A model generated the notes under the pieces. That model did not search any database, was not told the origin of the DNA, and saw only the letters and a list, made by a program, of their open reading frames with translations. From IMG/VR virus record IMGVR_UViG_3300024258_000612, positions 1-52,784 of that record: a stretch of DNA of 52,784 nt; one strand, written 5' to 3'. This document shows, one piece after another, positions 36,558 through 46,012 of the stretch; the first letter of the stretch is position 1, and the number at the start of each line of letters is the position of its first letter. A program made the position numbers and the translations under genes. The DNA is from a virus (taxonomy: Duplodnaviria > Caudoviricetes).

Positions 36558-38803
36558 ACTGCATACCTCACTATTACTATTCCTGAACCACCACTACCAG
36601 CAACGGTACTGTTGTGTCCTGCAGCACCACCTCCTGAGCCTGTGTTAGCACCACCGTTGCCTCCACCTGACGTACTACCTGAACCACCTGAGTTGAGAGC
36701 CCAAGCACCTCCATATGACATGCCACCTGAATCAGAGCCACCGCCGCCGCCGCCGCCGATACCACCCATACCACCTGTACAATGTACGTAGTTACCACCG
36801 CCACCACCACCGCCCCAATAATAGGTAGCACCATTAGGACCCATTTTCATTATTTGCTTTCCTGGGCCACCTGTGCCACCTCCACCTGTCGTACCGCTGT
36901 CACCCGCACCGTTTGCGCCACCACCGCCACCTGAACCATAACAACCGCCACTCACACTACTGCCACCATTAAATCCGGCATAAACTAAATACCCAGAAGC
37001 AGACGGTGCAGTACCGATACCACCACCATAACCTCTGTTACCGCCACCACCGTTTGCGCCATTACCACCAACGCCGATACCACCTGAACCTAAACCTCCA
37101 CCTGTTGCAGTTACGCCAAAAATAGAGGTTGAGCCACCAGCACTATTAGCACTGCCACCGTTTCCAATGGTGACACTATAGCTCTGAGGAGTGACCGTAA
37201 GAGAAGTTCTGTGTAGAACTGCACCACCGCCGCCACCACCGCCCATTTGACCAGTAACACCTGCACCACCACCGCCGCCGCCAACAATAAGAACATCAAC
37301 AGAACCTGAAGCTTCAGCAGTAAACGTACCTGAAGATGTAAACGTATGAACTTTGTAATTAGTACCGCCTGATGCGTATGTTGATACAGTACCACCAGTA
37401 GCCGAGAATTTATTACTCATTGTGTCCCAACCAGAACCTGACCATACCTTCATAGCACCACTAGTAGTATCAAACCACATATCGCCTTGAGCAGGATTAT
37501 CCGGGTCTGTAGCTGATACTGTAGCAGCATCGATATCTGTTAGAGCAGCACCACTAATAGCAGGTAAAGAACCGGTTAACGTAGCAGCATTAATACCTAA
37601 AGAATCTACATGACTCTTAGTAGCAGGAGGACTTAACTCAACAACCTTAGCATCAGTCTCAGCCTTAGTGTATCTATCAGCCAATGTAGTAGCAGCAGTA
37701 CTTGCACTTGATGCAGCTGCCGAAGCAGAACCAGAAGCATCAGATGCCTTTGTAGTTGCTGTTGAAGCAGAAGCAGAAGCACTTGATGCAGAAGAAGCAG
37801 CTTCAGAAGCTTTAGTAGTTGCAATCCCAGCATTAGTTACTGCAGTATCCTTATGACCACTTGCTGTACTTGCAGAACCAGCAGAAGCAGAAGCACTTGC
37901 CAATGCATCAGCAGCTTTATTAGTTGCGGTTACAGCAGAAGCAGTGGCACTTGTTGCCTTTGTAGTAGCTAAAGTTGCCTTTGTTGATGCTGTTGAAGCA
38001 GAACCACTTGCTGCCGCGGCAGAACTTGATGATGCAGAAGCAGAACTGGCAGAAGCAGTAGCAGAAGTTTCTGCATCATCTTCACTTGATTGGGCATCTG
38101 TAGCACTTGAACCAGCACTAGTAGCAGAAGCAGTAGCACTAGTAGCAGAAGCGGTAGCACTTAATTGAGCAGCTTCAGCAGCACCTTGTGCAGTTTCTGA
38201 ATGAGCTTGAGCAGTTTCTGCATGAGTCTCTGCTAATTCAGCATTGGTCTCTGCAGTTTCTGAATGTGTTTCAGCAACCAAAGCAGCATTCTTATATGTC
38301 TCTGCATTGGTAGCACTGATAGTAGCCGCGGCAGCTTTAACAGTTGCAGTGTTTGCATCTATAGCAGCTTGTTGAGCTTGATACTTAGCAGAATATTCTC
38401 CACCATCAACAGCACCTGTAGTCTTAGTTGCCCATTGTTGAGATAAACCTTCAGCACTTTCAGCAGCAGTTTGTGCAGCTACAGCATTATTCTTTGAAGT
38501 TTCAGAAGCGGTTTGTGCTATTAAAGCATCTGTCTTAGCAGTTGCAGCAATACCTTGAGCGGTTTCAGCAGCAGTCTTAGCGTTCTCAGCTAGCGTCTGT
38601 GCAGTTTCAGCATCGGTCTTAGCGGTATCTGCTAAACCTTTAGCAATCTCTGCTCCGGCCTTTGCAGTCTCTGCAGCTTGTTTCGCTGTATCTGCCGAGG
38701 CAATCTTACCATCCATATCTGTGATACGTCCAGTAACTGTCGTTTGCAGTGTTGTTGTGTTTGATACTAGCGTATTTACTGCATCAGTTAAACTTGTTGG
38801 CAT
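36554..38803 (-). CDS. Tail fibre: Ala/Ser/Thr-rich coiled stalk plus glycine-rich C-terminal domain
   Basis: ATTKASEA repeats, GDMWFDT, HTFTSSGTF...VDVLIVGGGGGG...GGSGIVIVRY. Confidence 0.85.
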   Translation of the reverse strand: MPTSLTDAVNTLVSNTTTLQTTVTGRITDMDGKIASADTAKQAAETAKAGAEIAKGLADTAKTDAETAQTLAENAKTAAETAQGIAATAKTDALIAQTASETSKNNAVAAQTAAESAEGLSQQWATKTTGAVDGGEYSAKYQAQQAAIDANTATVKAAAATISATNAETYKNAALVAETHSETAETNAELAETHAETAQAHSETAQGAAEAAQLSATASATSATASATSAGSSATDAQSSEDDAETSATASASSASASSSSAAAASGSASTASTKATLATTKATSATASAVTATNKAADALASASASAGSASTASGHKDTAVTNAGIATTKASEAASSASSASASASTATTKASDASGSASAAASSASTAATTLADRYTKAETDAKVVELSPPATKSHVDSLGINAATLTGSLPAISGAALTDIDAATVSATDPDNPAQGDMWFDTTSGAMKVWSGSGWDTMSNKFSATGGTVSTYASGGTNYKVHTFTSSGTFTAEASGSVDVLIVGGGGGGAGVTGQMGGGGGGGAVLHRTSLTVTPQSYSVTIGNGGSANSAGGSTSIFGVTATGGGLGSGGIGVGGNGANGGGGNRGYGGGIGTAPSASGYLVYAGFNGGSSVSGGCYGSGGGGGANGAGDSGTTGGGGTGGPGKQIMKMGPNGATYYWGGGGGGGNYVHCTGGMGGIGGGGGGGSDSGGMSYGGAWALNSGGSGSTSGGGNGGANTGSGGGAAGHNSTVAGSGGSGIVIVRYAV

Positions 38804-38815
38804 TTATATTTTCTC

Positions 38816-39157
38816 CTATGGATGATTTGTTATAATAGCATTTTGAGCAGCAACAATTGCTGCAGCGTTAGACACCACCGATAATTCATTTGCGTCAATA
38901 CCATCTTCAAGCTCTCCGAGTGTATCGAAGTCAACTGAAGCGGTACCTTTAAGTGTATTTATAATTGAGTCGACCTGACCCATATTGTAATACGTTGATA
39001 AATCAGTTGGAGGACTTAACGTTACAATGTTAGAGTCCGTTTGTGATTTCGTATAGTAATCACTTAAATCTGTTGGCGGAGATAGTTCTACTACCTTACC
39101 GTCGGTTTCTGACTTATTGTAAAAGTCAAATTCTGCTAATTGTCTTATTCTACTCAT
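38816..39157 (-). CDS. Small tail-associated protein
   Basis: Repeated Y.K..(T/V)D and LSPPTDLS units; FDTLGEL motif. Confidence 0.7.
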   Translation of the reverse strand: MSRIRQLAEFDFYNKSETDGKVVELSPPTDLSDYYTKSQTDSNIVTLSPPTDLSTYYNMGQVDSIINTLKGTASVDFDTLGELEDGIDANELSVVSNAAAIVAAQNAIITNHP

Positions 39158-39435
39158 TATATAGGCTTAGGATAAGCATCCTTAACTGCGTCTAAAGCAT
39201 CATCAAGTGTTGTAGTACCGTTCTTTCTATCCCAGTAAGCCATATCAGCTTGCTCTTCTAATGAAGGGTATTGTCTATCCCTTGTGTATTGATCAAGTTG
39301 CCATTCTAAAATGAGTCTTTGCTTTTCAGCCTCCAATTCAGAACTGGTCGCCTCAACACCCAAGTTCTGGGCTGCGACACCATCTGCGTCGAATGGACCT
39401 CCGTCTGGACCTGGCGCTGTTATTAGTTTTATCAT
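39157..39435 (-). CDS. Putative tail fibre chaperone
   Basis: YTRDRQYPSLEEQADMAYWD...VKDAYPKP; start 39435 coupled to the upstream stop. Confidence 0.7.
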   Translation of the reverse strand: MIKLITAPGPDGGPFDADGVAAQNLGVEATSSELEAEKQRLILEWQLDQYTRDRQYPSLEEQADMAYWDRKNGTTTLDDALDAVKDAYPKPI

Positions 39436-40838
39436 TATCCTGCTCCTAAATATGTAATTGTGATCATTGAATATGTGCCGCCATGGTGCCAAGTGTAACT
39501 ATTGGTACTACCACTCTTGTAAACGCTAAAACCAACAAACTCCCCTGCCGTAAATTTATGAGCAAGGCTGAAGTTATGATCCATCCATTGTGTTCCGTAA
39601 GTGTGAGTATGGTGATATACCGCACCATTAATTCTATGATGGGCATAGTATCTATCGTTGTCGTGTGACATAGCGAAGTAATCTATCGAATATACTCCAG
39701 GAACATCAAATGTAACCGTATTTCCTGATACTGTTATGTAATTGGTATCAGGAGGGGTTTCGAACCAATTCAATGTAATATCTGTCCAGACATTCGAACT
39801 TTGATTACTCGAGTTGTTATACCCCGCCATAACAACTTTTGGAGAATAATCTGTAAATATAGCATCAGTCTCAGCCTTAGTATATCTATTACCCAAAGCT
39901 GTAGTTGTTGTAGATGCATAATTAGCATCATCTCCAAGAGCAGCAGCCAATTCATTCAATGTATTTAGGTTAGCAGGGGCGGTATCAATAACAGCATTAA
40001 CCGCGGTCGTTGCAGCACTTGAAGCACTTGAAGCACTTGAAGCTGCAGCACTAGCAGAACTTGATGCTTCACTAGCTTTAGTAGTTGATATACCTGCTTG
40101 GGTTGCAGCAGTATTGGCTGAAGCAGATGCTTCACTAGCTTTAGTGGTTGCAGTACTTGCAGAAGATGCCGAAGCACTTGCCGAAGCACTTGATTCAGAT
40201 GCCTTAGTGGTTGCAACACCTTCAGAGGCACTAGCAGCATTCTTACTTGCCAATGCATTATTTTCACTTACGCCTGCTGCAGTATTTTCAATTGCAGCTT
40301 TTGCACTCCAATGTTTAGCACTATATTTACCAGTTTCAACCGAAGCATCTTCAGCATTATCTGCCCATTGACCAGCTTTAGTCTTATGTGAATTAGCAGC
40401 TGCAGCACTTGTTGAAGCATTCACCTCTGCAGTTTCTGCAAGTCCTTGGGCAACAACAGAAGCATTCTTAGCCGTAATAGAATCACTTCTATTAGTTGAA
40501 GCAGATACATCCGCTGCAATTGAAGCATCTCTTGCCGCTTCAGCAGATGTCTGTGCTGCACTTGCCGCTGACTGAGCCGCTAATGCATCTGATTTAGCTG
40601 TTTGAGCATCAACCTTTGCAGTAGATGCCACATCTCTTGCAGTCTCTGCTAAGCTCTGGGCTGTTTGTGCCGATGTTTCAGCAATCTCTGCATTAGTCTT
40701 AGCTGTTTCAGCCGCTACCTGTGCTGAGTTAGCTTGGGTAATCTTACCATCCATATCGGTAATTCTACCCGATACCGTATTAGTTAATCCCGTTGTTTGG
40801 GTAACTAAGGCATCTAAGGATTCTTGAATTGTAGGCAT
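39435..40838 (-). CDS. Tail fibre: Ala/Ser/Thr-rich stalk plus C1q/TNF-like head
   Basis: N-terminus paralogous to 36554-38803; APANLNTLNELAAALGDD; head with TFDVPGVYSI...AGEFV...ITITYLG. Confidence 0.8.
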   Translation of the reverse strand: MPTIQESLDALVTQTTGLTNTVSGRITDMDGKITQANSAQVAAETAKTNAEIAETSAQTAQSLAETARDVASTAKVDAQTAKSDALAAQSAASAAQTSAEAARDASIAADVSASTNRSDSITAKNASVVAQGLAETAEVNASTSAAAANSHKTKAGQWADNAEDASVETGKYSAKHWSAKAAIENTAAGVSENNALASKNAASASEGVATTKASESSASASASASSASTATTKASEASASANTAATQAGISTTKASEASSSASAAASSASSASSAATTAVNAVIDTAPANLNTLNELAAALGDDANYASTTTTALGNRYTKAETDAIFTDYSPKVVMAGYNNSSNQSSNVWTDITLNWFETPPDTNYITVSGNTVTFDVPGVYSIDYFAMSHDNDRYYAHHRINGAVYHHTHTYGTQWMDHNFSLAHKFTAGEFVGFSVYKSGSTNSYTWHHGGTYSMITITYLGAG

Positions 40839-40853
40839 ATAATGTTCTCCTTT

Positions 40854-41315
40854 TTATACGTGTTCTGTTATGTATTTGTCTTGCAAGTCAATGATAGACG
40901 CTGCCGTATTCATTGCTTGTATGTTTAAATTTGTGGCGTAATCTGGATCGTCGCCAAGGGAGTCAGCAATTTCTGCTAGTGTATCCATTGAGGCAGGAGC
41001 ATTTCCGACTAATGCTGATATTTTAGAGTCAATAAAGGCTCCGATATTTGCCGTATGTGTGGTACCATCTGAAGTATTAACAGTTAGGTCTCCCGAGGTC
41101 CCATTAAAGTTTATATTGTCAACTCCAGCAACTGCTGTAGTTGATATCGCTGTGATCTTACCTTGGCGATTAACTGTAAGGACCGGTACAAGAGATGAAG
41201 AACCAAACGATTTGGTTTCTACGTCACCTGCATGGGCAACTAATTCTTTTACATTACCTTCTTTGACCTTACCGTCAGATCCAAGTAGTTGGGAAAATAG
41301 TCTTGACTTACTCAT
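40854..41315 (-). CDS. Small tail-associated protein
   Basis: FGSSSLVPVLTVNRQGKIT and LVGNAPASMDTLAEIADSLGDD fibre motifs. Confidence 0.75.
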   Translation of the reverse strand: MSKSRLFSQLLGSDGKVKEGNVKELVAHAGDVETKSFGSSSLVPVLTVNRQGKITAISTTAVAGVDNINFNGTSGDLTVNTSDGTTHTANIGAFIDSKISALVGNAPASMDTLAEIADSLGDDPDYATNLNIQAMNTAASIIDLQDKYITEHV

Positions 41316-41395
41316 CTATTGTTGTCTCCTTTCTTTATACAGTTATTTATAATGATTTGAATTTGAATAGGGTATTTCACCCTCTTATGTTTTTC

Positions 41396-42748
41396 TTACC
41401 CTTTAAATCTTTTTAATGAGTTGCTCGCTTTGTTTTTATCAATGTGACCTAGTCCTGCCAAAATCCAATTCCACAACATGACACCTGAACACCCAAAATA
41501 ATGCTCTAAAGTTAGGGCTGATGGAACAGATGTTTTGCTAATAGACAACATATATTTAACTGTTTTTGTCCAAGTATCTCCGCTATTCACATGCCTCCAA
41601 AACTCTGTGTCATCTCTACCACCTGTGTAATGTACTACAAGAAAATCTCTAATGTCATCGTACAACTTTATCATTTCTTTGTTATAGTGATTGATTCTAT
41701 ATTGATTACATGTTTCTTTCTTGGTTTCTTGTAAGTGTTCCATAACAAAAGACATTGCTTGGATGATAGTTGTATGTATAGATGTAGCTTCTAAAGGCTC
41801 TGCAAATGCGGCTGACAATCCTAAAGCTAGGCAGTTATTTTTCCATAAAACTTCTGAACGCCCTGAAGTGAACTTGAATTTTCTAAGAATTTCTACGTCA
41901 CCAAACTTTGCTCTCAATTCCTCTTCAGCTTTAGCATCTGTTATAAACTTAGAGGAGTAAACATAACCACACCCAAATCTTTCTGTAGTTGGTATTTTCC
42001 AACACCACCCTGAATCCATTGCGGTGGCAGTTGTAACAGGCTCATAGTCGTCTGTAAGTGGCATCTGAAATGCTATTGCGCTATCAACAGGTAAGTTTTT
42101 CTCGTAAGACTCCCACTGAATATCCATAGCCCCACACAATACCCTTTTAAACCCACTACAGTCTATAAAAAAATCACCTTCATGGGTGTTGTTGTCAGTA
42201 TCTAATAAACTTATAATTTCACCGTTATCAGTTTTAACCCCATAAATCTCAGCATCTATTACTTTAACACCTGCTTTTATAGCATGTTTTGCGAAAAATT
42301 CCCCAACTTTAAAAGCATCAAAGTGGTAGCTCACGTTAATAGGCTCTTTTGCTTCGTATTTCCTACCTATTTCAGATGCTAGATGGAATTTGTCACCATT
42401 TACTATTAGGTTCTCACAGAACTCTGTATCAGGGGATAATCCCGAAGTTGATGAGCCATCTAGTGGAGCAAAGTAAGAAGACCCGTCACCCGTCCAATTA
42501 ACGTGTTTTATGCCCATCTTTGGTGTTACGTTGCAATATTCTATAAACTCCTTTATGTCGATACCTATGTCAAACCATGTGCCCGATACAAAGTCATGCA
42601 ACATCTGTGTTGCCCCCTCACCCGCACCAACAATGCCTATCTTCTTAGACTCTATCAGAGTCACATTATGAGTTGAACCTTGGGTCTTTATAATAGACAA
42701 AGCCATTAGCCAACCCGCTGTTCCACCACCAACAATAACTATGTTCAT
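41396..42748 (-). CDS. Flavin-dependent halogenase (tryptophan halogenase/PrnA family)
   Basis: IVGGGTAGW, GAGE, PKMGIKHVNW (catalytic Lys), FIDCSGF, WCWKIP (WxWxIP), FAEPLEATSI. Confidence 0.92.
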   Translation of the reverse strand: MNIVIVGGGTAGWLMALSIIKTQGSTHNVTLIESKKIGIVGAGEGATQMLHDFVSGTWFDIGIDIKEFIEYCNVTPKMGIKHVNWTGDGSSYFAPLDGSSTSGLSPDTEFCENLIVNGDKFHLASEIGRKYEAKEPINVSYHFDAFKVGEFFAKHAIKAGVKVIDAEIYGVKTDNGEIISLLDTDNNTHEGDFFIDCSGFKRVLCGAMDIQWESYEKNLPVDSAIAFQMPLTDDYEPVTTATAMDSGWCWKIPTTERFGCGYVYSSKFITDAKAEEELRAKFGDVEILRKFKFTSGRSEVLWKNNCLALGLSAAFAEPLEATSIHTTIIQAMSFVMEHLQETKKETCNQYRINHYNKEMIKLYDDIRDFLVVHYTGGRDDTEFWRHVNSGDTWTKTVKYMLSISKTSVPSALTLEHYFGCSGVMLWNWILAGLGHIDKNKASNSLKRFKG

Positions 42749-42751
42749 AAG

Positions 42752-43150
42752 CTAAGTAAAAGTATCTTCTTCGACAGCCACAGCACCCTGTAGTGGGGTG
42801 TCTAACTTTGCTATAAGCTTAGGAAATTTCTCTTTAATACTAACCCTTTCTTCTTGAATTTCATCTATAGCCGTTGAAGATAATCCGTCTAATTCAACCA
42901 ACTTCTCCCAAAGAGCAACCACCAAAGAATCGGTGCTTGGATAAACGGGCTTTCTATTACGAGAATGTTCCGTTTTATAACTATTATCTACGATATCTTG
43001 GTATTGCGTCTCAATTTCTGCGTCTGTTGGCGCAATATCTTTGTCAATCCAAATAACCTCAGAATAACTAATAGCAGCATCAGGTATCTCCCACGCTTTG
43101 TCTTTGTAGTTTTTTTCTAAAACAACTCTTACTTTTATAATATCCACCAT
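42752..43150 (-). CDS. Putative tail fibre chaperone
   Basis: RNRKPVYPS...LVVALWE...IKEKFPK, same pattern as 39157-39435. Confidence 0.7.
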   Translation of the reverse strand: MVDIIKVRVVLEKNYKDKAWEIPDAAISYSEVIWIDKDIAPTDAEIETQYQDIVDNSYKTEHSRNRKPVYPSTDSLVVALWEKLVELDGLSSTAIDEIQEERVSIKEKFPKLIAKLDTPLQGAVAVEEDTFT

Positions 43151-43164
43151 AATATTTCCTTTTT

Positions 43165-45648
43165 TTATCTAACCCAAAGTCTTCCCGGTAGTGTGTTGAC
43201 AACAGCAGACGTGTTCCACTCTCCATACCCACAAGACCATGTCCGTGGGGCGTTTCCTGCGCAACCACCGAAACCAAAACCTGAGTCAGAGCCGCCGTTA
43301 GAGGCGTTACTCGCCCCAAATGTATAACCCCCTTCGTCCATCGCTGCGCCAACCCTTGCTCCTGCCCGACCCACTGAACTTAGCGATGCGTTATCGGTGG
43401 TGCTGTTGGTAGAGGTATTAGCAAAACAGTTTATACCATATTTCTGAATGTGTCTCTCATGGCCTGTCTGTAGAGAGAAACTTGAACCTGAGTATATAAA
43501 GCCACTATCTATATATTGTATACCTGTATATGTTGGGTTTGTTGAATTGCACCCTAGCCCACCAAAGGCAGCACTAGAATTGTTTTGCATGGCGTTGTAC
43601 ATGGTTCTACTTGTAGTGTACACCATAATACAAGGCACGGTTCCGTTCATATCTAACAAGACTCTGTTAAAGCTGTAGTAGTTCCATGATTTATATTTAG
43701 CCCATGAGCCACCTGTTATATTGGAGTCTGTATCGTTATTTGTTGTACTATTAGTCCAATACGAAGAGCCTGATGGCATATCACCCCTAGCGTGTACTTT
43801 TAAAACTAAAATCCAATGACTACTCTCATGCCAATCAAACTTTGTGTAAGCCTGATATGTATTAGTTCCGTCTGTGTACCAATACATACCATTACTAGCA
43901 GATGAATTGTCTGCCCTAACATCTGCAGGGGTTGATGCAGGAGACCCTGAAGTTGTTCCCCTAGGTACGATAACAATACTCCACGAATACGCTTGGTCAG
44001 CAGTATCACCGTCTGTATCTGTAGCTCTAATAGTGAATGAATATGCTGTTGTACTTGCTACTTGACCCATAGTTCCTGAAATAACACCTGTTGAGGTATT
44101 AAGACTTAAACCTGAAGGTAAAGTACCACTTGCCAAGCTGTAAGCTGAGAAAGTAGAACCTGCAGTAAATGTAAAGTTTGTATCTACATCGTAAGACGCG
44201 GATGAACCTTCATTTACTGCTGAGATTGTTACTGTGCCACCTGTTGTAGTTGCAGCGACTGTGTTAATTGTTTGTTGGTAATTCTGAGTAGCTGTGCCAC
44301 CTGAAGTATCAGTAGCTTTAATAGTCCAAGTATAATTAGTGTTACTTGATACATTTCCAGCGGTGCCTGTCAATGCTGAATTGCCTAGACTAGGTAACAC
44401 ACAGCCTGTAGGCATAGTTCCTAATACTAAGGTGTATGTTAATTGAGCATCAGTATCTACATCATCTGTAAAATCAATACCTAGATTATATGAGAACGTA
44501 CCACCTTCAGATAAAGCACCAATAGTTACTGTGCCACCTGTTGTAGCAGGATTTGCATTAGATACTAAGTTCCACTGGGTACCATTACTAATATAGAAAA
44601 TATCATTATCAGACTTATAAAATAAAGAACCTTCAGGAGATACTGGGCTAGGTAGCGTAGTACCTACTACAACAGCATCAATACCAGTCAAAGCACTACC
44701 ATCAATTGCAGGTAAAGCACCTGTCAGCATTGAAGCTGGGTGAGTCGCTGGATGTGTATAGTTGTTAGCACTTGTAGCTATGCCATCTAACTTAGTATTA
44801 TCAGCAGTAGTAAAATTAACCTGAGTTAACCCACCATCGCCAACTGAATATGTAGTGTTAGTATCAGTAAACAAAGCTCCAACAGGAACTGCTGTTTCAA
44901 CTAAAGGATGTGCAACATTAGATACTTTAGCATCATTCAATAGAACTCTAGTGTTTAATGCCTTACCTTGTGCTGCACTTAACGCCTCTGTTGTACTTGT
45001 ACTTGTTAAAGTATTATTAACCGTTACTGTTGTGTCATCTAAAAATGCACTCATGTTAACATCAAATGATGTAGCATCACTTCGTGTAAATGTAGCAACA
45101 CCGGTTGATCCGTTTAATGAACCAGAAGCAATATAAGCCGCATTGGTATCATCAAGGTATAAACTTAAATCAATATTAGTTGCCAAGCCATCTTCATCTG
45201 TATATGTTAATATGTTAGCAGCAACTGATAATGTTGTGGTAGTATCTGTATCTGTTGGTATTACCCAAGTGTTATCCCCTCTTAAGAATGTAGAGGTATT
45301 TGGTGTACCAGTAGCACTTAGTTGGGTAATACCAACTGTGTCATCACTAGGTATACCAATATCTACATTCTGACCTTGGAATACACACCAGAAGGTTGAT
45401 CCGGTTGCAGGAGCTGATGAGAATACAATGTTTGATCCTGAGACTAAGAAGCCTTCAGTACCTGTGTCATCAGGTTCTTGTAATACACCGTTAATGCTTA
45501 CTAATAACTGTCCTGACTTAGCGGGGTTAATAGTTTGTGTTGCCGCTGTTAAAGCAAATGTTGTTAGTACACCGTTGAAGGAAGCACTTATGTCATCAAC
45601 GATTTGATAATTACCAATGTTAGCTGGACTGTTTCCTATGTAAGGCAT
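43165..45648 (-). CDS. Tail fibre/adhesin with two Ig-like (He_PIG-type) domains and a C-terminal lectin/fibrinogen-like domain
   Basis: MPYIGNSP start; LLVSINGVLQEP; SGTLPSGLSLNTSTGVISGT; NGMYWY...WILVLK. Confidence 0.8.
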   Translation of the reverse strand: MPYIGNSPANIGNYQIVDDISASFNGVLTTFALTAATQTINPAKSGQLLVSINGVLQEPDDTGTEGFLVSGSNIVFSSAPATGSTFWCVFQGQNVDIGIPSDDTVGITQLSATGTPNTSTFLRGDNTWVIPTDTDTTTTLSVAANILTYTDEDGLATNIDLSLYLDDTNAAYIASGSLNGSTGVATFTRSDATSFDVNMSAFLDDTTVTVNNTLTSTSTTEALSAAQGKALNTRVLLNDAKVSNVAHPLVETAVPVGALFTDTNTTYSVGDGGLTQVNFTTADNTKLDGIATSANNYTHPATHPASMLTGALPAIDGSALTGIDAVVVGTTLPSPVSPEGSLFYKSDNDIFYISNGTQWNLVSNANPATTGGTVTIGALSEGGTFSYNLGIDFTDDVDTDAQLTYTLVLGTMPTGCVLPSLGNSALTGTAGNVSSNTNYTWTIKATDTSGGTATQNYQQTINTVAATTTGGTVTISAVNEGSSASYDVDTNFTFTAGSTFSAYSLASGTLPSGLSLNTSTGVISGTMGQVASTTAYSFTIRATDTDGDTADQAYSWSIVIVPRGTTSGSPASTPADVRADNSSASNGMYWYTDGTNTYQAYTKFDWHESSHWILVLKVHARGDMPSGSSYWTNSTTNNDTDSNITGGSWAKYKSWNYYSFNRVLLDMNGTVPCIMVYTTSRTMYNAMQNNSSAAFGGLGCNSTNPTYTGIQYIDSGFIYSGSSFSLQTGHERHIQKYGINCFANTSTNSTTDNASLSSVGRAGARVGAAMDEGGYTFGASNASNGGSDSGFGFGGCAGNAPRTWSCGYGEWNTSAVVNTLPGRLWVR

Positions 45649-46001
45649 TAGATTGCTTCTCCTGGTTTTATTGGCCAAATTACACTGAGAGGGTCAGTTT
45701 GTGTTGTTACATCACGCAATCCCTGTCTGTATATCTGATATTCTAATTTAATGTTGTCAGGAACATCAGCACCTTGAGTCCAATCAGACTCTTTTAATTT
45801 CAAATCTCTTTCATACCGGACATTATTCCAGTTTCCCTCTAATACAGCCGTTATGGCTTCTGCGTCTGACATGCCTAGAAATTCTTTCAGTGTTTGACCA
45901 TAACCATCAATAGGGTTTCCCTCTGGGTCAAATTCAGGACATGGTATTAGCAAGTTAGGATTAAATGTGAATTTTTCGTTATTGTATATAAAATAAAACA
46001 T
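45648..46001 (-). CDS. Phage tail assembly chaperone
   Basis: WNNVRYERDLKLKESDWTQ..D...YRQGLRDVT.Q...VIWPIKP. Confidence 0.85.
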   Translation of the reverse strand: MFYFIYNNEKFTFNPNLLIPCPEFDPEGNPIDGYGQTLKEFLGMSDAEAITAVLEGNWNNVRYERDLKLKESDWTQGADVPDNIKLEYQIYRQGLRDVTTQTDPLSVIWPIKPGEAI

Positions 46002-46012
46002 ATTAGACTCCT

